From contig OZ223209.1 in NCBI GenBank assembly GCA_965140415.1, forward strand, positions 2,880,001 through 2,944,000: 64,000 bases of DNA. Direction: 5' to 3'. Below the pieces are notes generated by a model, which was not told the origin of the DNA, ran no database searches, and saw only the letters and a program-made list of their open reading frames with translations. Position numbers and translations under genes: made by a program. Below are positions 9,401-18,305 of the stretch, in pieces. The DNA is from Myxococcota bacterium. Its GTDB lineage: Bacteria; Myxococcota_A; SURF-8. Position 1 is the first letter of the stretch, and each line of letters opens with the position of its first letter.

Positions 9401-10206
9401 GCGCAGGCCATGTTTTCGGGGCAAGCCGGCATATCTTCGCCGCAGCGCTGGGCGCAGAAAGTGTTCCAGTCGTTATTCAAATCGATACACAGTCCGCTTT
9501 CGCATTCACTATCGTAATTACAGGGATAATTGGTAAGTTGGTCGTAGGTGCGATGGTCACAGACTCCGAAACCGTAACAGGTTTCAGCCAAACACATGCC
9601 GCTTCCCTCTAATCCGTCAACGAATTCACAGGCATAGTCGTCTGGGGCGGGCTCGTAGGAACACTGGCCCGTTTGAGGATCGCAGACGCCGGGTAAGGTG
9701 CAAGGATCGCCCTCAGAGCAAACTACCGGTTCAATTCCAGTGCAGGTTCCTAACTCGCACTGTCCATTCTGCTGACACAAATCGCCTTCATGGCAAACTA
9801 GACCTTCATTGATGGGTAGGCATCCATCGCAGCAGTCGTTGACTACGGAACAGGTGCATTGTACGACTTCATCGATTTCCTCATCCCCATCAACAATTAT
9901 GTCACCATCGGGAATGTCACCATCGGGAGTATCTCCATCTATAATATCGCCGTCTGGAGTGTCACCATCCGTTTTGTCACCGTCCACGGATTGATCGCCA
10001 TCGGAATTGTCTCCATCTGTCTGATCACCATCTGGCGTATCGCCATCGGCAGGGGTATCCTGGTCACCATTAGAGGTGTCGCCATCGATAATGATGTCAC
10101 CATCGTTTTGATCGCCGTCGGGGGTGTTGTCATCACTGCCGGAGCACCCCGCAAATGTGATCAAAAACAATAGGAGGGTGATAGACGTCAAAAAAGTATA
10201 ACGCAT
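6439..10206 (-). CDS. Large Cys-rich lipoprotein with DGD-repeat linker, many small disulfide modules and PPC-like domains
   Basis: Lipobox FAGC; about 13 xDGD motifs after the lipid Cys; repeated C-x4-C-x3-C modules; EIEPNND...DIDLF PPC-like motif and further beta-sandwich repeats. Confidence 0.8.
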   Translation of the reverse strand: MRYTFLTSITLLLFLITFAGCSGSDDNTPDGDQNDGDIIIDGDTSNGDQDTPADGDTPDGDQTDGDNSDGDQSVDGDKTDGDTPDGDIIDGDTPDGDIPDGDIIVDGDEEIDEVVQCTCSVVNDCCDGCLPINEGLVCHEGDLCQQNGQCELGTCTGIEPVVCSEGDPCTLPGVCDPQTGQCSYEPAPDDYACEFVDGLEGSGMCLAETCYGFGVCDHRTYDQLTNYPCNYDSECESGLCIDLNNDWNTFCAQRCGEDMPACPENMACAWGGLDIGKICRPILIDDTLPGDSSLGLFNVCNSDADCTEGSCLAYGSYRFCTKNCEVAGIGGSDLLCEGCGKCLESGEFGYICVPQGSNTMNQVCASGADCNSRYCLNNYCSGQCWVFAGVDTCPAGMSCVFGMMANPDTGVCTRDVDMNLGFGQACVGDWQCTSGLCREVLGEMICTDDCESATCSSGECLEEDNVSSCVPSAKVHIKPVGAYCNATLECEEGLYCYWNSCMDYCESQEQCSGECYPDPNFQVTYCSDACQSDDQCPDGMSCFDNRCVLSFQNQRYLFGYCRNDIDCETGQCINGECTTTCDNATHCEGSVLIEPQEAGMCTPCDPDNFDYECNAEGWGFNQCVTGIDGNSFCALDCGYFNKVCPTGTRCYNINGYDKLCLPVTGACSLPSTCNEDGYCQQSQPDGNPCTEQADCGSGICQNGFCQTGNCSSDADCGCDMLVCSGGYCDLSPEIDGMEIEPNNDLLSAMELNDFPTTISEVFTPQEGHPDIDLFKIHVSPTQGLDVRTMPFCDTAADTIVRLLDRFGNEIEGWINDDISSNGGNYFSVLIGYQPEQEQDVYIEVTQSPYVVGLSDDPFLLYVDRYNLAQNSTCAGADTLAAGEHDLDFSGAGANYTAANCTGWGAMGKDLAYSVEVPANHTIKVIIDAPFDSQIYLVTDCSAANDSCLAGADTNYEAGIEQFIYANESDELLSAFLIVDTFLLDPNEDTTFTLNIAYEAITAPSNNTAETALLIDSPGVYEGSTIGATNDYDPGADGCASSELIGPDVVYRADLQSGDFFAAALTSAVSFGPRLVLITDPADMDTCISASSSRINYINETGSAQTVYLIVDGVYETSMGLFTFEADLGTITGCAGPCDIENPPFGCMDALDLCYCYQTTNTLKAADCNRYCIDVSEALSGVCHEYTTPGYENETCRCVYDCDQVAQDHCEQRIYTNCSCSADDPCGLQNDGNCNEFCEIEFPDDYFDDAVDCSSR

Positions 10207-10379
10207 GGATCGATCCTTTCCTGGTCGAGCTGGAAAACCGTGGCGGTACGTTCCAAATTAGCAATTCAATACGATAGCTTTATATCAGAAAGTGAAGATT
10301 CATAGAAACGAAAAGTTAACATTTAATAGAGAGATATGCAGATTTTAGCGAGTGTGTGAGTTGTACTGTATTGAGGATT

Positions 10380-13300
10380 TCAGATACGCTTGGCATTCGA
10401 TTCGTCGATCAGGCGGTAGCCCTCGAGAAGCAGACTTTCCGTAGGAAGATAGATCTCGGCTTTGGGCAGGGGGGCATGCCCATCGAAATGGAAATTTCCT
10501 TCAGTCCAGGTTAGCAAGTCGTAAAAAGCTTTTTCACCCATGGAATCCTGATAGATACATTGGATAATAGCCCCATTTTTGAAAAACAGGCTGGCTTGGC
10601 TTTGTTGTTGTTCGAACATCAATGCTCCGCTTTTTTTAGTAGCGGAGAGTAATTGAATGATGTCGGCCATCGCGACTTCGGAGAGATCTCCGGATAGAGC
10701 GGCTTCACTACGGGGAGAGATCGGGGCCTTGGGTAAATGGTTTGGCCTGTTGCTACGGCTGCTCATGATCAAACGCTCCAGTTTTGCATCGATAGCATAG
10801 GCCCGCAATGGCGGTAACAGGACATCATCACAACCGACACTGAAAACATGTTTTACAATCTCTTCAGATAATTCATTGGGAGAATAGAATACGATAGGAA
10901 TAAAAGACGTGTCCGGATAGGATTTCAGCAAGGAGTAAAGTTCCCATTGGCTTTTTTGTTTAGGTACGTCAGAGAGAATCAGGTCCACATCATACATTTC
11001 CAGAGAGTGGATCGCTTCTTCCTGGCTGGATACGGTGATGACGGCAATGTCCAAATCATGCAAAAGCAGTGGTAGGACATCTCTGTCATTGATTCCTAGC
11101 CAGAGATACAAAGCCATGGGACGAGACTCTTTTACCAGTGTGACAGGCGGGCTTTCAACCTGTTGTTGAACCAAAGGTGTTGGTCTGTCGGGAGTGGACA
11201 GTTCAACAACATCTGCATTGTTTTCCTGCTTGTGCGGCGTTTCTTTACGCTCTCTATTCGATGATTGGTTAAGGTGTTCTGTGGAAGCTGTTGGTATTCC
11301 TTCACTTATTCGCTTGGCAGAAGATGTGGTATCTTCTTGGGCCGGGTCAAGAGGTTTGGGCTTGACCGTTACTGGATCGATACTGAGTTCCATTTTTATC
11401 GTATTGGTTGTTTCAATAGGTAAATCATGGATCAACCTTAGATTTCCGCGGCGCAGGTATACCCGGTGAGAACCGGTGGGAAGCAAAAAATGCTGGGTTT
11501 CATCTCGCAGCATTTGTCTTCGAGTCAGTGGGTCGCCATCGATTTCGATTTGAGCGAAGTCTCCTCTTGTTCTGGCATTAGCCCCTATTGCTTCTGTAAG
11601 TGGTTGATTCCATTTCGGTCGAATGCTTACAAGTGCTTGCTTGAGCTTGATGGCCCGATTGACTCTTGCACCGCTATATGGATCAACAGAAAGCAAAATA
11701 TGATTTTCTTCACTGCCTATCAGTTTTCTCGTGCGTGCATCTAGTATCAGGGTGAGAATCGTGAGGTGATGTTTACCCGCTGATACGTGAGGGATGACAA
11801 GTTGTCCGCTTACGCTCGCTGCCGTCCGGGTCGCTCTGCGTTTGAAGAAACGAACCAATTGCCGATCGATATCGACAGCTTTGAATAAGTCCTGCTGACT
11901 GTATAGGGATGATACATTCAAGGAATGCCGCGATTTGGCACGTGAAAGTTGAATTACGAAAATTGCAGACAAAGGTGGACGATCGAATTGGAGATCAATA
12001 TGTACTGGCCCTTTGCGACGATACGAGAAGAGTACAACAACAAGTAGAATGAATATCGATATCAAGCCAAAGGCAAGGTGATTTCGCTTCAATAACTGAT
12101 CGCGTCGAGTGACGAGTAAGACTTGTGCTTCTAAAACACTCTCATCCTGCTCTTCTTGAATGTAGCTGTATATGTGAAGGGTGAAGTCATCGTCCGCGCC
12201 GTCGATGCGTTTTTCACGTTGCAGGGAGAGGCCAACGGCTGCGTCTAGATTGAATTTCGCTGCAAAATCACGCAATATTTCCAGATTTGAAGGGGACGAA
12301 TGTTGTTGTTTGGCATGTTCTTTGAGATAAGTTTCGAACCTCGGCGAAATCTGAACGCTGGCGTTATGATCTAGAATTCGTTTTAAATCGTCCCATACCG
12401 GGGTAACATTCAGGTTAGTGAAAGCTAGTAAAGAAAGAATTCCATCCTGAGATTCTCCATTTGCAGCTTTGTTATAATCGAACAATCCTATAGTCTCCCC
12501 GTCGCGAGGTAAAATGTCTGCGATATCCAGTATTTCGGGAAAGTTCAGGCTTTTAGTTGGAATAGGGGGGCGTTTAAGAATTTGCTTTGGGGGTTCCGGG
12601 AGCGATTCAAAGAAAGCTGCTCGATCCGGAGCTACAGCTTTTAGTTGCTCAATTGTACGCTTGAGCTTATTCCTATCATGTAGTTTCCATGAAAGATCGG
12701 CCTGCATTGCCAGAGCTTCCACATGATCAGGGTATGTTTTTAAAAGCGCTTGCAGTGTTCTTTTCGCTAAACGCATCTCACCACAGGCGATTTGGAGTCG
12801 GGCATGTTCAAGTTGCCACTTTTCAGCGTTCGGTTCTAATTCCAATATCTTCTGAAACGTGTTCAATGCCAGGTTTAAATTGCCGTCTTGAAGCAAGATC
12901 CACACAAGCCCGATTCGGGCTGGAAGATTCTGGGGTTCCCGATCCACGATATGCTTATAAAGATATTGAGCTTTGCGTAAGGACCGCTTATCCTGGGCAA
13001 GGTAATTTGCGGCTTGCAATTGAATAGCGAAATCGTTTGGTGCGATTTCCGCAGCACTTTCGAAATAGTTGATTGCTTGGGGAACATCTCCCTGGGCTTG
13101 TGAAATTTGAGCTAGAGTCAAAAGAATGGATCGGTTGGCACGATCTTTCAAGGGAGATAAAATTTCGGATAGATATTCAAGTTGCTTTTTATCAAGCAAG
13201 GCAATCTTAAGTCGATCAAGCAGGTCGAGATTTAACCTACGTTTAATAGCTTTCATATAGCACCGATTTGATTGAACAAAATCGCGCAACTCGAAATACA

Positions 13301-14423
13301 AGTCACCTGCTTGAGAATAAAGCTTGGAGGAGTTCTTGCGGTTTCTTGTTGAGGCGAGGTGCTCTAAAATATCTGGCCGGGTCGTACCGAGTTGAACCGC
13401 TTTTTTCCAGGCTCTGGTAAGTTTATAGGATTGTTTTTGCTTAAGGTAAAAATCACCTTTCAATGCGTAATAATCAGCGGAAGAAGAGTAAATCCGTTCC
13501 CCTTTGTCAAAAAATTGCTGTGCCTCTTCAAGTCGTTGGTTTCGTAATAGCCATGATGCATAATCTAAACAAAGCATCGCGCTGCTTTTGGATGGACAAT
13601 TCAATTTGCTGTATGACCTATTGGCTTGTTCCTCATTGTCAGTCAGATCGTACAACATCGTCGATGCTTCGAGTTGTTGAGCTTTGTTGGAAATCTCAGT
13701 GATGAGGTGCTCAAGTTCTACGACATTGGGAATAGAAGTCTGGGGAATATTTCCTGCTAAGCGGCGAGTGTTTGTTAAAATATTCAAACCTTCGAGGGCA
13801 TTGCCTTCCGATAACTGTTTCCAGCCTCTTCCAATCGCCTCGGCGATACCGGTGCCGTAAGATTCCGCGTCAGGAACATTCTTCTTGGTTTTAGTCTCTC
13901 CATAAATGTCGATCAATCCTTGTGTACTACGAGCCACAAGTGCACCCACATCTCCGTTTGTTTGCGTGATTTCAATCGCTTTGTTTTGAGATGGGTTTAC
14001 CTGATCATAGTTGCGTATCACTAAGGAAATTGAATCTCCTTTTTGTTTGAGCCAGCCCAGAGCGGTCCGGTTTGCATGTGTGGTCAATGTTAAATATGGG
14101 AGGTCTTGTACGAGGATTCGCTGCTTGGGTTTTAATATGTTTCCTTTGCGGGCTTGAATAAGAATTTCATGTAAAGGGACACATGAAATACCATGTTTTT
14201 GCAGTCTGTCTTGTAATAATAAGTTGATTCCGTTTTTAAGAAAATCGATTTCAGTGTCGGCCATCAGATAGAGCACAAGCTGAATCGAGTTTGCTTGGGA
14301 GGATGTGGCTTTCGGCGTTTGCGCCTGAACTGGTGTTGTGTGCACTAGCAGTGATACCATAATGAGAATAGAATAAAAATAGAAAACACAATGGGTTGCG
14401 ATTGGCTTGGTAATGGTTGTCAT
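10380..14423 (-). CDS. Membrane protein: signal peptide, TPR repeats, TM helix, pseudo-receiver, DUF4388 (start uncertain; ORF open to 14588)
   Basis: Signal-like region ending VQA-Q; TPR-like helices; TM segment LAFGLISIFILLVVVLFSYRRK; REC-like DLILSD...IPIVFYS; C-terminal LSGDLSEVAMADIIQLL...SGAL...FFKNGAI...LLTWTEGNFHF...ESLLLEGYRLIDE typical of DUF4388. Confidence 0.8.
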   Translation of the reverse strand: MTTITKPIATHCVFYFYSILIMVSLLVHTTPVQAQTPKATSSQANSIQLVLYLMADTEIDFLKNGINLLLQDRLQKHGISCVPLHEILIQARKGNILKPKQRILVQDLPYLTLTTHANRTALGWLKQKGDSISLVIRNYDQVNPSQNKAIEITQTNGDVGALVARSTQGLIDIYGETKTKKNVPDAESYGTGIAEAIGRGWKQLSEGNALEGLNILTNTRRLAGNIPQTSIPNVVELEHLITEISNKAQQLEASTMLYDLTDNEEQANRSYSKLNCPSKSSAMLCLDYASWLLRNQRLEEAQQFFDKGERIYSSSADYYALKGDFYLKQKQSYKLTRAWKKAVQLGTTRPDILEHLASTRNRKNSSKLYSQAGDLYFELRDFVQSNRCYMKAIKRRLNLDLLDRLKIALLDKKQLEYLSEILSPLKDRANRSILLTLAQISQAQGDVPQAINYFESAAEIAPNDFAIQLQAANYLAQDKRSLRKAQYLYKHIVDREPQNLPARIGLVWILLQDGNLNLALNTFQKILELEPNAEKWQLEHARLQIACGEMRLAKRTLQALLKTYPDHVEALAMQADLSWKLHDRNKLKRTIEQLKAVAPDRAAFFESLPEPPKQILKRPPIPTKSLNFPEILDIADILPRDGETIGLFDYNKAANGESQDGILSLLAFTNLNVTPVWDDLKRILDHNASVQISPRFETYLKEHAKQQHSSPSNLEILRDFAAKFNLDAAVGLSLQREKRIDGADDDFTLHIYSYIQEEQDESVLEAQVLLVTRRDQLLKRNHLAFGLISIFILLVVVLFSYRRKGPVHIDLQFDRPPLSAIFVIQLSRAKSRHSLNVSSLYSQQDLFKAVDIDRQLVRFFKRRATRTAASVSGQLVIPHVSAGKHHLTILTLILDARTRKLIGSEENHILLSVDPYSGARVNRAIKLKQALVSIRPKWNQPLTEAIGANARTRGDFAQIEIDGDPLTRRQMLRDETQHFLLPTGSHRVYLRRGNLRLIHDLPIETTNTIKMELSIDPVTVKPKPLDPAQEDTTSSAKRISEGIPTASTEHLNQSSNRERKETPHKQENNADVVELSTPDRPTPLVQQQVESPPVTLVKESRPMALYLWLGINDRDVLPLLLHDLDIAVITVSSQEEAIHSLEMYDVDLILSDVPKQKSQWELYSLLKSYPDTSFIPIVFYSPNELSEEIVKHVFSVGCDDVLLPPLRAYAIDAKLERLIMSSRSNRPNHLPKAPISPRSEAALSGDLSEVAMADIIQLLSATKKSGALMFEQQQSQASLFFKNGAIIQCIYQDSMGEKAFYDLLTWTEGNFHFDGHAPLPKAEIYLPTESLLLEGYRLIDESNAKRI

Positions 14424-14730
14424 TCGCTCACTTAGTCGAAACAGACCAATCCTGAAAGACATGGCTCTGGCTTTATATCGGTCCCGTTCCATCGGTGGTA
14501 ATCGTTTCCTAAAAAGAGAATCGTGTTCTTTTTCTACGACTTCAGTGCTGCAATACGGCCCCTTCAAAATGTAATCGATACAATCCAAAAGTTACGTTAT
14601 GCTAATACATCATTGAATGTCAAGACAATGCGGACGGCTTGTTCTCATTCTAAAGCGGATCTCCATCAAACTCGGATTTGGTTTGTTGTGTTGCAAGCTG
14701 CGCTAACGTACCACTTTCGGTAATGCGAGT

Positions 14731-14759
14731 TTGACAAATGATTCATCATTGAATACAAT
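14731..14759 (+). promoter_or_regulatory. Sigma70-type promoter with a palindromic operator in its spacer
   Basis: TTGACA-17 bp-TACAAT; the spacer contains AATGAT-TC-ATCATT (14737-14750). Confidence 0.75.
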
Positions 14760-14821
14760 TACTTTCGCTGATTCAGAAAAATCGTGATCGTTGTGGCCCC
14801 AACCTAAAAAAGGGGAATGCG

Positions 14822-16828
14822 ATGAAGGTTTGTTTTTTCCTTCTGTGGATGGTGTTTTCTCTTTCGATAGTCAATGCCGAGGAAATCTCGAAAGAAGCGG
14901 ATTTTGCCGAGATTTTTAACGAGGCTTCGGTCCCTGCTTCTTCGGAAACGATAACAGAAAGCCAAAAGGAGAAGCAGGGGACGCTTTCGGAAACTCCTCC
15001 TGTTTCAATTGAGCAGGAGGGGGGGGCCGTCCCGGATTCTTCTGATTCTGGTGAAAGAGAATCTAATCCGTCGATTGGTAAAACAGAAGTTCTTCCAGCT
15101 AAACCGGAATCTGCCGCAGTGAAAGAAGTTGAACCCTCTAGGGATATGACTGGTTCTGAAGAAACATCCGATTCCCTGTTGATTACGCCTGGCAGTATCG
15201 AGGATGTCTTTTTTAATGAGATGCTGGCGCCACGCGGGAAACCGCGCAAACCCTTGGTTCTGACCGATGGAGGATTTTTATTCGATCTTTCCGCAGAATA
15301 TCGATTCCGTACCATTTATATCAAGCCGCTGGAACTGAGCGGAAAAGATGCAGCGGAAGTTCTGTATGGAGTGCAGCGCGGGCGTACCAAGTGGACAATG
15401 GGATATAAGGACTACGTCAAGCTCGTTACCGAGTTGGATCTTGTTGCTGGAGCGTTGTTTGGTGACAATGGGAAACTGACAGGAGACGCTCCTTATCCGA
15501 ACGATGGCATGAGTACCACGGCCAGAACCCCGAACAATGCAGGAATCGGTATGGGATTAAAACCCGGTGAAGATCCACTGGAGGCCGATTCCTACACCTA
15601 TGACCTGGTTCCTATTGATCCTGTCAACATTCGCAGGATCTGGGGAGAGGTTTCATTGATGGCTCTGGTCCTTCGTGTAGGGCGTCAACCGGCCAGTGAT
15701 GGACGTGGCATCCTTCTAAATAACGGCGACAACGACGACAATCGCTTCGGAGTCTGTGGTAGTGGCCAAACGGCGGACCGGATTTCGTTGGGCACAAAGC
15801 CTCTGGAAATTGCCAAAGCCATTTCTGCACACTCCGCGTCTGCGGCGGATACGCGGGAGGATCGTGGTTTTTTCATTGGATTTGCATACGATCATCTTGT
15901 CTACGACAATATTGCTTCCACTGCCGATGATGCCCGTCAGTTTGGAGGATCCATCTACTATTTACAGCCGGAATTTACTCTTGGAAATGTTTCCGGTGGT
16001 GATTTGAAACTTTCATACCAAGTTGCGTATCGATACAGCAAGGCGGTTGATCTGAAATTGCTAATCAACGTATTGGAATTGAAGGTGCGATTGGCCGATT
16101 TTCATTTCGAAGCGCAGGCGGCGGTCACGTCCGGAGAAACGCGCGAAATCTCGGATGCCCTCAGTTTGATCCGACAACGAACACCTACAAAGCAGGATGT
16201 ACTGGGCTGGGGTATGTTCATGATTGCCGATTACGATGTCGGTCCCGTCACGTTCACGTTGGAATTTGATTATGCCACAGGCGATTCGGACCCACGTCCC
16301 GACAATACCGTGAAAAACTTCTATTTTTCCGAGGATACACAAGTCGGTTTGTTGTTGTTCCCTCACGTATTGGCCTATGAAACTGCGCGTTCTGCGGCCG
16401 CAGCGACAGCCAATTTAAAAGGACTGGGCGCGGATAGTCTACCCAGTACACGAATGGCGACCAAGGGTGCCGTCCACAACGCCATCATCTTCTTCCCTCA
16501 ATTGACTTACAACATTACGGAAACGATCTTTTTGCGGGGAGGTGTATTGGCTGCCTGGACTCAGGAACCGCTTGTCGATCCATACTCCACGTTGAGGCGG
16601 GAGGATGGCGAGCGTATCGATGATGATGCCATCAATTATCACGGTGGAAAGCCGGGGGACTATTACGGTACGGAATTCGATTTGCGTCTGTCGATCAAGT
16701 TGTGGCGTGAGTACTTTCTTTTCGATTTAGAAGGTGCGTTGCTACTGCCGGGTGATGCGCTATACGATATCAATGGCGATGCGGCGATGAGTGGTCTGAT
16801 TGAGGGCCGTATTACGTTCCGTTTCTAG
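14822..16828 (+). CDS. Outer-membrane beta-barrel protein with acidic disordered N-terminus (alginate-export-like or myxobacterial barrel)
   Basis: Signal peptide (VNA-E), amphipathic strands, LRVGRQP, EFDYATGD and YYGTEFD motifs, C-terminal GRITFRF beta-signal. Confidence 0.75.
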   Translation: MKVCFFLLWMVFSLSIVNAEEISKEADFAEIFNEASVPASSETITESQKEKQGTLSETPPVSIEQEGGAVPDSSDSGERESNPSIGKTEVLPAKPESAAVKEVEPSRDMTGSEETSDSLLITPGSIEDVFFNEMLAPRGKPRKPLVLTDGGFLFDLSAEYRFRTIYIKPLELSGKDAAEVLYGVQRGRTKWTMGYKDYVKLVTELDLVAGALFGDNGKLTGDAPYPNDGMSTTARTPNNAGIGMGLKPGEDPLEADSYTYDLVPIDPVNIRRIWGEVSLMALVLRVGRQPASDGRGILLNNGDNDDNRFGVCGSGQTADRISLGTKPLEIAKAISAHSASAADTREDRGFFIGFAYDHLVYDNIASTADDARQFGGSIYYLQPEFTLGNVSGGDLKLSYQVAYRYSKAVDLKLLINVLELKVRLADFHFEAQAAVTSGETREISDALSLIRQRTPTKQDVLGWGMFMIADYDVGPVTFTLEFDYATGDSDPRPDNTVKNFYFSEDTQVGLLLFPHVLAYETARSAAAATANLKGLGADSLPSTRMATKGAVHNAIIFFPQLTYNITETIFLRGGVLAAWTQEPLVDPYSTLRREDGERIDDDAINYHGGKPGDYYGTEFDLRLSIKLWREYFLFDLEGALLLPGDALYDINGDAAMSGLIEGRITFRF

Positions 16829-16838
16829 GAGTATACCC

Positions 16839-18098
16839 ATGTCATCTTTTCAATCTGTAAAAGGCTGTGGGCTGGTTGTCTTGGTACTTACTGTCTTATT
16901 GCCAATGATGGCCTGCGAGTATGATCCTCCGCCGGAAATCGTTTCTTCCGTTCCGGAAAGAGGTGGAAATATGACGGGCGGTGATGGAAACCTGGAAATT
17001 GAGTTTTCAGAGGCCATCAAGCCGGAAACGTTGGAATTGGGGCTATGGACCTTGCAACTGGATGAAGAACAGGAACTGCTGCCCCCCTGTAGCTCTGAGA
17101 AAACCGAGCAATGTTCAAAGCGACTGGCTGGACCCTGTCGTTTTGATTTGTCTTCCGATCCCACTATCAGCGATCAAGACAGTTGCTTGTGCAGCCTCGT
17201 TCAAAATTGTCCGGGCGCTGAAATGAGCCTGCAACTGGATTGTCGCAATTTCATAAAATATCAAAACAGTTGCGCTCAAGTTGATCAAAGCGTTGAAAGT
17301 ACAGAAGAAAAGTCTCTATTGACAGTCAACCCAAAACAGGATTTGGGAATTGGAACATACGTGTTGCGTGTTTCTGCGGGCCTTTCGGATTTGTCAGGAC
17401 ATGATACCGGCGCTCCCTTGGATTTTACTTTCGGTGTAACACCGGATGTAGGTGATACGGATGGTGATCAGACGGATGGGGATGGGACAGATGGAGATGA
17501 AGGGGGAACTCCCACCGAATTTGAGTCAGGGGTTTTTGTCACCTGGATGGATCTGGATCAACCCTTCGATTATCCACTTGAAGTGTATTGGATTTTCGAT
17601 GTGAATCCAAATACGGGGCGTGTCACCGGTACGGGGTGTGATGCCGACCCGATCGATGTCAACAACTGGAATCGCGACCTCCACAAGCATGAAGAGGTTA
17701 TGCCATACCCTTACTATGTTTCAGGGTACTATTTCAATTTTACTGCCACCGTGAGCGATATCGACGTAGATGGTGAACCTGGTTACTATTTCGATACCGA
17801 TCCTTTCGTGATTTATTCGGCGACTCCGATTACCGTTGAAGTGGCCGATGGCAAGATTCAGGTTAGTATTGTCTATGATGAGGCGCTTGGGCGGGAAAAG
17901 ATGATCGGTCTGCTCAATTCTCCTGAAACATACGTTTTCGGCGATCATACCAACAAGGAACCCAGTGTTGCCTCCGGGGCGGTTTATGGGTATCGCTTGA
18001 CTGATGAGGAAGTGGCCGCTTTGAAAGATGCTTTTCCCGATGCCTATGGAAAATGCGAATCCAGAGATTATGTGCCCAGCCCGGAAGATGGACCATGA
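16839..18098 (+). CDS. Lipoprotein with Ig-like (Big_5-type) domain
   Basis: ATG 16839 with AGGAG RBS; lipobox MMAC; PEIVSSVP...IEFSEAIKPETL...YVLRVSAGLSDLSG Big_5 pattern; DGD linker. Confidence 0.75.
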   Translation: MSSFQSVKGCGLVVLVLTVLLPMMACEYDPPPEIVSSVPERGGNMTGGDGNLEIEFSEAIKPETLELGLWTLQLDEEQELLPPCSSEKTEQCSKRLAGPCRFDLSSDPTISDQDSCLCSLVQNCPGAEMSLQLDCRNFIKYQNSCAQVDQSVESTEEKSLLTVNPKQDLGIGTYVLRVSAGLSDLSGHDTGAPLDFTFGVTPDVGDTDGDQTDGDGTDGDEGGTPTEFESGVFVTWMDLDQPFDYPLEVYWIFDVNPNTGRVTGTGCDADPIDVNNWNRDLHKHEEVMPYPYYVSGYYFNFTATVSDIDVDGEPGYYFDTDPFVIYSATPITVEVADGKIQVSIVYDEALGREKMIGLLNSPETYVFGDHTNKEPSVASGAVYGYRLTDEEVAALKDAFPDAYGKCESRDYVPSPEDGP

Positions 18099-18305
18099 AT
18101 CTTATTTGGCAAGGGAAAGGCATCGAACTGACCTTCTTTGCTTCTTATCTTAAAAAATTAGAAAAAACCGTATGATCGGTATCATTTTTCTTTTGGTCTG
18201 CAAGTTGTAAACAGTCTATAGTAACGTCACGTATTACCGAAGTAACCATTTTTCATAAGAGCTGGGCTCCCCGGCTTCTTATCTTTGTATTGCTGGAGGT
18301 ATGGA

